A program made the translations under genes and the position numbers. Of a stretch of 16,716 nucleotides of DNA, positions 9,889 to 16,716 are shown one piece after another (the stretch's first letter is position 1; each line of letters starts with the position of its first letter). The DNA comes from Tubiluchus corallicola (lineage: Eukaryota > Animalia > Priapulida), in the NCBI GenBank assembly GCA_030141605.1, contig JAQGDQ010002047.1, positions 1 through 16,716 of the forward strand, read 5' to 3'. The notes under the pieces are model-generated. The model was given only the letters and a program-made list of their open reading frames with translations, was not told the DNA's origin and did not search any database.

Positions 9889-10564
9889 TTTAAACTCCCG
9901 CGATGACCGTTAGACGCAGCCATTTTCACGACAGGTCATTTGAAACAAGTTTAGCTGACATTTTGTAAAGTTTGAAAAAATTATCAGAGCATTCGTAGCG
10001 CACAAGTCACTAACTAAATAAAATTTAAAATTACTGTATCTTGTCAATAAGATTAAAAATACGTTTTTTGGTTAGTGAGTGGTGCACCCTGGAGGGTGAG
10101 TCAGCGACATTTTACCAATTGGTGAAAACATTTTAAATTATTAATAATTTTCTTTTCTAGTTACATAAGTCTTTCTAGCAGGTAAGCAAAAAGCTAAGTA
10201 ACATAGATTTGCACGGAAAGTCTTTTGAGATATAATTTAACATTGCCTTTTCTTCCCTTGATTTACGTTTGGTACATGACGTCATGTAATGGCGACATCG
10301 GAACAGTATTGCGGGAGATTTAAAATGAAAACAAACTAAAATTCCTTTCAGTGCGAGTTCGATGCACGCATAAAATTGCTATAAAGTAATATAATTTTTT
10401 AAGGCGGTTTTTCTGAAACCTACTTCAGGTGCCCCTTTCCTTGTCCTTAAATGTTAAGAAAATAACATACAGTTTCATATAAATATCGTAACGTAGACGG
10501 CATGGTGCTTATACGCATGTCACAGCGTACTTGTGAAGAAACGTAAAAAAAACTTTAATTATAG

Positions 10565-10736
10565 AATATGTGCTCCATACCGGCTGTCATTACGGAGCAG
10601 GTGCTGAAGTGGAAAGCGTACCTTCCCGTCAACCCACTGAACCGACAAGGCCATTCCATGGCGACCATTTTATATCTGGTATTCAACGTCACTACGCAAT
10701 GGCTTCATATGGACGAGACCATCACAATGTAGAGGG
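10565..10736 (+). CDS. Candidate internal exon of an unidentified host gene
   Basis: A GC-richer, non-repetitive island bounded by ...TTAATTATAG| and |GTGGGT, with an open frame (E)YVLHTGCHYGAGAEVESVPSRQPTEPTRPFHGDHFISGIQRHYAMASYGRDHHNVEG. No family recognised. Confidence 0.35.
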
Positions 10737-10860
10737 GTGGGTCAAAAATAAATGGCATTTCGCCCCCCTAACAATATATTTTTTATTTGAAATAAGAATC
10801 TTTGGTCACAGTCAACGAAACGAGTGGTGAAATCACCTCATATTATTGCAGAATCCGGTA

Positions 10861-11454
10861 GGGGAGACCCGGGTAAAGTGGATCACTTATGGGATTTCCC
10901 TCATAAAGTTCAAGACGTTTGATCTGTAACAATCAATTACATGCCCTATTCTTCCGTAGGAAAGTCTGCTATATTTATCTGGTAAAAACTTATAATTACT
11001 ATTACTCGTTTAACAGATAATTCCGAAATACGAAACCAAAATGTCTAGGGCAAAGTGGATCTTTTACGGGCATAGTGGATCATACCGGAGCGGTTGAGCT
11101 CAACATAACTAACAATATCTTTTAAAAGGATTTTGTCTATTTTGCAAAAGTAAATTGATATGAAGCAGCAATGAACCATCCATCATATGTAAAAACAGTA
11201 GCGAATAAATCTGCACTAAGTGGAATTTATCATCATGATCTATAAAAGTGAAAAATCGCAAGAAAGTGGATGAAAAACTTATTTTTGCGTACCGCGCTTA
11301 GACAAACTTTGCAAAGGTCGAGGTCGTTTATGCGGAGTACACAGTAGATGATGACGTAACTTCATACAGTGCGTAGACTGCGACGCCTTACGGAGAAAAG
11401 AGCAAATACATTTGATCCGCTTTGCCCAGTGATCCACTTTACCCGGGTCTTCCC
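10861..11454. mobile_element. pogo/Tc1-mariner-type MITE, 594 bp
   Basis: 27-bp TIR GGGGAGACCCGGGTAAAGTGGATCACT with one mismatch; TA TSD at 10859-10860 and 11455-11456. Internal GGGCAAAGTGGATC-like copies lie at 11048, 11068 and (inverted) 11414-11427. Confidence 0.93.
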
Positions 11455-11855
11455 TATAGCTAAATATATATAAAAACCATAAAATAAAAACATGAGATTA
11501 ACATATAAAAATATAAATAAGTATATAATAATATAATAAACGCTTTATTTTACAAACATAAACACAAGTACAATTAACAAATCACACACTTAAATAAACA
11601 ACGCATACAGGAACACGTTCCTACAAATACAAGGCTCTTAAGCCTAATTGATTGAAACAAACATATATATAAAAAACAAAAAACTATAAAAACAGGAATT
11701 GATTAGTACATTTTACATTTAATCAATTCAGATTATTACAGAATCTGTTAGCTAAATCTTGTGTAAGTACGTATACACATTTGATCTATAGAAAACAGGC
11801 ATTCTATATTATATATTAGTATATTTTACATGTAGATATTATACAATAACGTAAC

Positions 11856-11931
<76 letters not shown>

Positions 11932-11938
11932 CATTATT
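11856..11938. repeat. (TTA)n/(AAT)n microsatellite, the 3' tail of a minus-strand LINE end
   Basis: About 27 triplets. On the minus strand it follows AATAAA (11951-11946) and a hairpin (11985-11968). Confidence 0.95.
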
Positions 11939-12625
11939 AAAAATCTTTATTGAAAATTGTGCAATAAGCCCTCTATTTACAGGGCACAAAAGTACAAAAA
12001 TGTTAAATAAGTCTTTACACTATGTACATTAAATAAATTTCTTACTAAACAAGCTGACAATTTTGCATTACGATTTACTTATTCTAAATATATATCCAAC
12101 AGGTGTAGAAATTGCCTGTAATGATACGTTAACGGTTGGTAATTTGGACAACACAAACGTCAAATATAATAAAAATGAAGTGGACAAATACATCAAAGTT
12201 TTATGGTGTAGAAAAATACAACATGTAAACCAGTTGACCGGTAATCCACGAGAGTTAATTCCTGTATTTACAACACCATTAGATATACCAGTCAGTAAAT
12301 ATGGCAGATTTATAGAAACAAGTGCGTTAGCTCTTCTACTTGGAAGAGGTTGCAAATCATTTAAATACAGGATAGGTATAACTGATTCAGATCTGTGTGT
12401 TTGCAGTTTGGGCAGTCAAACCCCAGAACATTTTTCATTGTCCGTTACCATTGGTTAGACAAGATATAAGAGTAAATCTCGAACGCAGCTTAGAAAATAA
12501 TGACATTCGAAACATTTACAGAGAGGGAGACACTAATGTAATTAAAATGTATATAGATATTGTAAAAGAACTAACCCAAAATGATCTTATAGTAAATTGA
12601 TCATGCATTGATTATAAATATTGGT
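11859..12625. mobile_element. Non-LTR retrotransposon insertion with internal inversion (3' UTR and tail on minus, ORF2 C-terminus on plus)
   Basis: Plus strand ~12033-12600 encodes ...FIETSALALLLGRGCKSFKYRIGITDSDLCVCSLGSQTPEH/FHCPL... with one frameshift near 12430. Minus strand ~12030-11859 is a 3' UTR with a GCCCT-gtaaatag-AGGGC hairpin, AATAAA and (AAT)n. The flanking direct repeat CGTAACTTA lies at 11850-11858 and 12626-12634. Confidence 0.8.
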
Positions 12626-12685
12626 CGTAACTTAATTAGACTTACGTAACTTAAAAGCAATGAGTTGATGCTAAGTTGTTGTATT

Positions 12686-13349
12686 GGTGACAGGTAATAA
12701 AACTACATTGTAAATAAGTCACAGGAAAAAAATCGCAATTAATTTTGACTAGAATTAGACTTAGGATTACGGTTAGGGTTATTTGTTTTTACCTGTAATT
12801 TTTTTCATATGACTTTTTTCCTGTGAGTTTTTTCTGTGACTTTTTTACCTGTGACTTTTTTACCTGTGACTCTTTACTGTGACTTCATTACCTGTGACTT
12901 TTTTACCTGTGACTCTTTACCTGTGACTCTTTACCTGTGACTTCATTACCTGTGACTTTTTTACCTGTGACTCTTTACCTGTGACTCTTTACCTGTGTCT
13001 TTTTTACCTGTGACTCTTTACCTGTGACTCTTTACCTGTGACTTTTTTATCTGTGACTTTTTTACCTGTGACTCTTTACCTGTGACTTTTTTACCTGTGG
13101 CTCTTTACCTGTGACTCTTTATCTGTGACTTTTTTACCTGTGACTCTTTACCTGTGACTTTTTTACCTGTGACTCTTTTACCTGTGACTCTTTACCTGTG
13201 ACTTCATTACCTGTTACTTTTTTACCTGTGACTCTTTACCTGTGACTCTTTTACCTGTGACTCTTTACCTATGACTTTTTCACCTGTGACTCTTTACCTG
13301 TGACTCTTTACCTGTGACTTTTTTACCTGTGACTTTTTTACCTGGACTC
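12686..13349. mobile_element. Foldback-like non-autonomous DNA transposon (MULE- or Merlin-like) with an amplified right-arm subrepeat array
   Basis: The left arm GGTGACAGGTAATAAA...AAGTCACAGGAAAAAA is inverse to about 35 right-arm copies of 14-15-bp ACCTGTGACT(C/T)TTT(T). A central GGTTAGGGTTA is present. The 8-bp flanks GTTGTATT (12678-12685) and GTTGTACT (13350-13357) match at 7/8. Confidence 0.75.
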
Positions 13350-13873
13350 GTTGTACTAACTTGAACACATTTTTATTAAGATTGTGAGACCTAGTTAGAG
13401 TACTGCTACTAAGTGTGATATTGGATTAGAGGTATAACAGTTATTTAATTCTATATATACGAGTTTCTCTCATTAAATAAGACGCATTAACGCCGCCATG
13501 TTTGCTTACATCGGCTAATTCTTTCATATTAAAATTTGAGCGAGCTGTAACCAAGTTTTTAAATCCCGTGCTTGTAGAGATTTTAAGTAGTTTTACCAGA
13601 AGTGAACGTTTTATCTATTTACTCTGCACTTGCTGACTGCAAATAATAAAGATTAGTGTATGGGCAATGCATCTTTTCCCTCAAACATCTCCAGAAATTT
13701 TTAAGTGTGAAATACACAACTTCCTGCCAAAGAGTGTTGACGTAAAAACGTTAAACGGTAATGCAAAAAAGTGCAAAACTCCAAGGCATTGTGGATCTCA
13801 CCATCTGACGTGCACACGTTCAGTTTGATTTGATAAAACTTGGGGCTTTCTACTTCTAGCAAGTATGAGTCAA

Positions 13874-14001
13874 TTAAAGTACAAGAAAACCCTCCATTTA
13901 CATGAAGCCTAAAAAATTCGTCTCGAAATTTTATACCTCTTACGTACAACCTTTTCGTATGCATGGCTTGCATCGGACGTAACGCTGTATAAAATGTGTA
14001 A
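13874..14001 (+). repeat. Dispersed repeat, copy 2 (homologue of 9761-9888)
   Basis: TTAAAGTACAAGAAAACCCTCCATTTACATGAAGC...CGCTGTATAAAATGTGTAAA, colinear with copy 1 but clearly diverged. Confidence 0.7.
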
Positions 14002-14042
14002 ACATTCATCCTTTTTTACTCCCATAGCAAAAAGTTGTGCAA

Positions 14043-14073
14043 CCCCCAACCCCCACCCCCACCCCACATCCCC
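14043..14073 (-). other. Potential G-quadruplex-forming tract
   Basis: The minus strand has five runs of 4-5 G separated by 1-4 nt: GGGGATGTGGGGTGGGGGTGGGGGTTGGGGG. Confidence 0.5.
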
Positions 14074-14176
14074 GATTCATCACATTGTAACACCGATATT
14101 ACTTTTTTCGCACACTGACATTTTGCTCTGCAAGCTTCACACCTACGAAAATTTTGAATCCTATAGTATTTCTTCC

Positions 14177-14619
14177 CAAGCCCGGATAAATAGGGAGGGT
14201 TAGGGTCAGGAAGCGCATCCGACTGAAAAACTGCGCCAAAACCTTCTATGAATGAGTCGGTGAGACTTAATGGTAAAGTTCACAAAGAAGTGGTCAGACC
14301 CGCTCTAATCTATGGGCTGGAAGCAGCTTCTCTAAAGAAGACCGAAGAGAAGAAAATGGGTGTGGTAGAGATGAGGATGTTGAGATGGATGGTGGGAATA
14401 ACAAGAAGAGATAAAATTAGAAACAATAATATCAGAGGAACAGTAAAAGTAGTGGAAGCCTCGCAAGATTGCGATGGTATGGACACCTCAAAAGAAGAGT
14501 CGGTGAAGATCATGTGGGAAGGGAAGACATAAATGAAGAAATGGTCAACAACAGGAATGCGCGGAGAAGACTCATTCACAACGGCGACCCCGCATAGGGA
14601 AAAGCTGGGAAAAAGAAGA
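14177..14619 (+). mobile_element. Internally deleted RTE-clade (Rex3/Expander-like) LINE derivative
   Basis: A 5'-UTR-like segment CAAGCCCGGATAAATAGGGAGGGTT...AGGAAGCGCATCCG is followed by the post-RT region GKVHKEVVRPALIYGLE...EMRMLRWMVGITRRDKIRNNNIRG, a frameshifted RLRWYGHLKRR and the C-terminus RRLIHNGDPA*. The tail is GGGAAAAGC...(GAA)n. Candidate TSD: AGTATTTCTTCC (14165-14176) and AGTGTTTTTTCC (14620-14631). Confidence 0.9.
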
Positions 14620-14763
14620 AGTGTTTTTTCCTAAACTCCTCTCATAGGATACTCATACTCAGTATTAATGCTCGATATTAAAATATTTCCAGTATAAAAA
14701 GATGCCGAGCATAAAGTTCACATCGTTTTCGACACTGGAATTAGGAAAAATTATCACGAAAAT

Positions 14764-15298
14764 GGTTGGCATCCTTCTGTCTCATAAGACAATGGAGTGT
14801 GCGCCAAGAGAGTCAGTTATTGATCACATTGATGGAGCTGCAGCGTCGACTGTGGCTGAGCAGTGCGATCCTTGAACGTCTCCAGGGCGCACGCCTGGGC
14901 AAGGTGTATGGAGATCCTGAGTTGTCCAGACAACAGGAACCCCCTCTCTTCCTCCCTGGTGTAGTCCAAAGCAAAGCGGAGCAATACGTTTGGCACCAGG
15001 TTGGCTGCAGGAGTTGCCGGAGTCAGTGAGCATGCTGCACTGGTCCGCCTTCGGGGCTCCACTCCTGATTTGGAAGGTTTACTCCTCTACACATGGCCGT
15101 TGGGTCACTTGACCTCCTCTGCCCTCAAGCCGTTGGCTGCTTGTGCAGCTCCTCCGCCTAGTTTCGAGATACAGTGTGGGCATCCCGCAAGCCTACAGCA
15201 CCTGGTATTCCTAGGCGGTCACTCATCCAAGTACTAACCAGGCTCTACGTTGCTTAACTTCGGTGATCAGACGAGAACCGGTGTTTTCAACGTGATTT
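14764..15298 (-). mobile_element. 5S rRNA-derived SINE (SINE3-type), copy B, with intact 3' end
   Basis: 5S head at 15298-15189, a body nearly identical to copy A, and the extra 3' terminus GCGCACACTCCATTGTCTTATGAGACAGAAGGATGCCAACC containing a TGTCT/AGACA hairpin. Candidate TSD: TATCACGAAAAT (14752-14763) and TATAACGAAAAT (15321-15332). Confidence 0.9.
15189..15298 (-). rRNA. 5S rRNA-derived sequence (SINE head, not a canonical gene)
   Basis: The minus strand reads AAATCACGTTGAAAACACCGGTTCTCGTCTGATCACCGAAGTTAAGCAACGTAGAGCCTGGTTAGTACTTGGATGAGTGACCGCCTAGGAATACCAGGTGCTGTAGGCTT. It lacks about 10 nt at the 5' end and has no oligo-T terminator. Confidence 0.9.
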
Positions 15299-16202
15299 TT
15301 ACGGAAAATATAACGTTGTCTATAACGAAAATACGAAATAAAAAACCACTGTGGCTGAAAATTAAATAACTCAAATTTATTAGCACAGCGATGCCCTATA
15401 ACGACCTCTAGCAAAGCGATGCATGATGCCATAAAGCATGATGGCTGATTTCAAAGTTTTGAACTCTTCGTTAAAGCTACTATATCATCGTTCTTAAAGA
15501 GCTCATATCTGCACACAATTACCTGATCTTAGGAAGCCATGCAAAGCCAAAGAAAGGAGGTGAGTGTTTTGTGGAAGGAAGAGAGTTCTGTGTTGCCATG
15601 GATGAATGACACATTTCGACAGGAAAATAACACAAGCAGTTTGTTTCATTAAATTAAAGTGTCGTGCACTTGAGCAATTACACACAAACTACATGTTATT
15701 CCTTGTGCCAAAGCTAAACTTAAAAAAATTGACGCTCTAAGCAACAGCCTAGTTTTAGGGCAGAGCCTGGTTGGGGTCGGGTTACTGCTATTGTAGTATT
15801 TTGATGAACCAATGTTTACTTGTTGACGTATGATGGATTCACAAACAAAAATTAGAATATTTGTTCAGGACGATGGATTTGAGAGAAGCTGGGGAGATGT
15901 GTATGTGAATGTGTAGAATGTGTGGCGCCATGATGTTGCCGAATCGAGAATTTATTGGGTTAAGGAGGCAAAATGCATAGCGTTATGAATAGCACTGACC
16001 ACAGAGGAAATTAGCCTTAGCGTTTCATAACATGCAGGCCTCATGGGTTGCTCTCAGCTGCCTTGGGTTGTTTTGTAAGAAAATAAACCTTAGCTGCTAT
16101 GAGTTGCATATAGCAAACCGCGTGTAGATGTCCACTGACAAGTTGCTTGCATCTTGTAGCCAATGCCAGCTTCAAAATTTCGATAACATATATATATATA
16201 TA

Positions 16203-16716
16203 TAATCTTTTGACACACTAACACCTTTTTTTCACATACATCTATTTCACCAATTTTATTATTTTCACAATCATAACTCTAGTCTTTTAAAACACTAACA
16301 CCTTTTTTCGCATACATCTATTTCACCAATTTTATTATTTTCACAACCATAACTCTAATCTTTTGAAACACTAACACCTTTTTTCGCATACATCTATTTC
16401 ACTAATTCTATTATTTTCACAACCATAACTCTAGTTTTTTGAAACACTAACACGTTTTTTCACATACATCTGTTTCACCAATTTTAATATTTTCGCAAGC
16501 GTAACTCTAGTCTTTTGAAACATTAACACCTTTTTTCACATACATCTATTTACCAATTTTATTATTTTCACTACCATAACTCTAGTGTTTTGAAACACTA
16601 ACACCTTTTTTCACATACATCTATTTCACCAATTTTATTATTTTCACAACCATAACTCTAGTGTTTTGAAACACTAACACCTTTTTTCACATACATCTAT
16701 TTCACCAATTTTATTA
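16203..16716. repeat. 76-bp tandem repeat, at least 6.7 copies, running off the right edge; preceded by a short (AT)n
   Basis: TAACTCTAGTCTTTTGAAACACTAACACCTTTTTTCACATACATCTATTTCACCAATTTTATTATTTTCACAACCA recurs at 16274, 16350, 16426 and onward. Confidence 0.97.

Noticed and set aside
10151-10187. Possible 21-nt micro-exon (TTTTCTAG...CAG|GTAAGC)
   Set aside because: Two of three frames contain stops, and the open phase is incompatible with the candidate exon at 10565.
12771-12781. Telomeric TTAGGG motifs (also near 6829 and 14200)
   Set aside because: They are single units inside transposon sequences, not telomeric arrays.
14766-15432. Five short ORFs on both strands
   Set aside because: They fall in the GC-rich SINE; copy A has indels and an in-frame stop relative to them, and no domain is recognisable.

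Overview
AT-rich, repeat-dense eukaryotic DNA, most likely intronic or intergenic sequence from an invertebrate animal. There is no complete protein-coding gene, and most ORFs in the supplied track are by-products of repeats. Tandem repeats: 47-bp satellite (1-2539), 56-bp, ~90-bp, 45-bp, 20-bp and 76-bp arrays, plus (CT)n and (AAT)n microsatellites. Non-autonomous DNA transposons with visible TIRs/TSDs: a TA-flanked palindromic MITE, a hAT derivative retaining a putative transposase N-terminus, a pogo-like MITE and a foldback-like element. Retroelements: four non-LTR retrotransposon remnants and two copies of a 5S rRNA-headed SINE. The remnants are two related CCHC-ending elements (one with a twin-priming-type inversion and a TSD), a CR1 3' end missed by the ORF track, and an internally deleted Rex3/Expander-like RTE. 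One GC-richer segment (10565-10736) may be a host exon. The most notable items are the 5S-derived SINE with an apparently bipartite RTE-derived body and the inverted LINE insertion. Family assignments come from motif recognition by eye, not from database searches.
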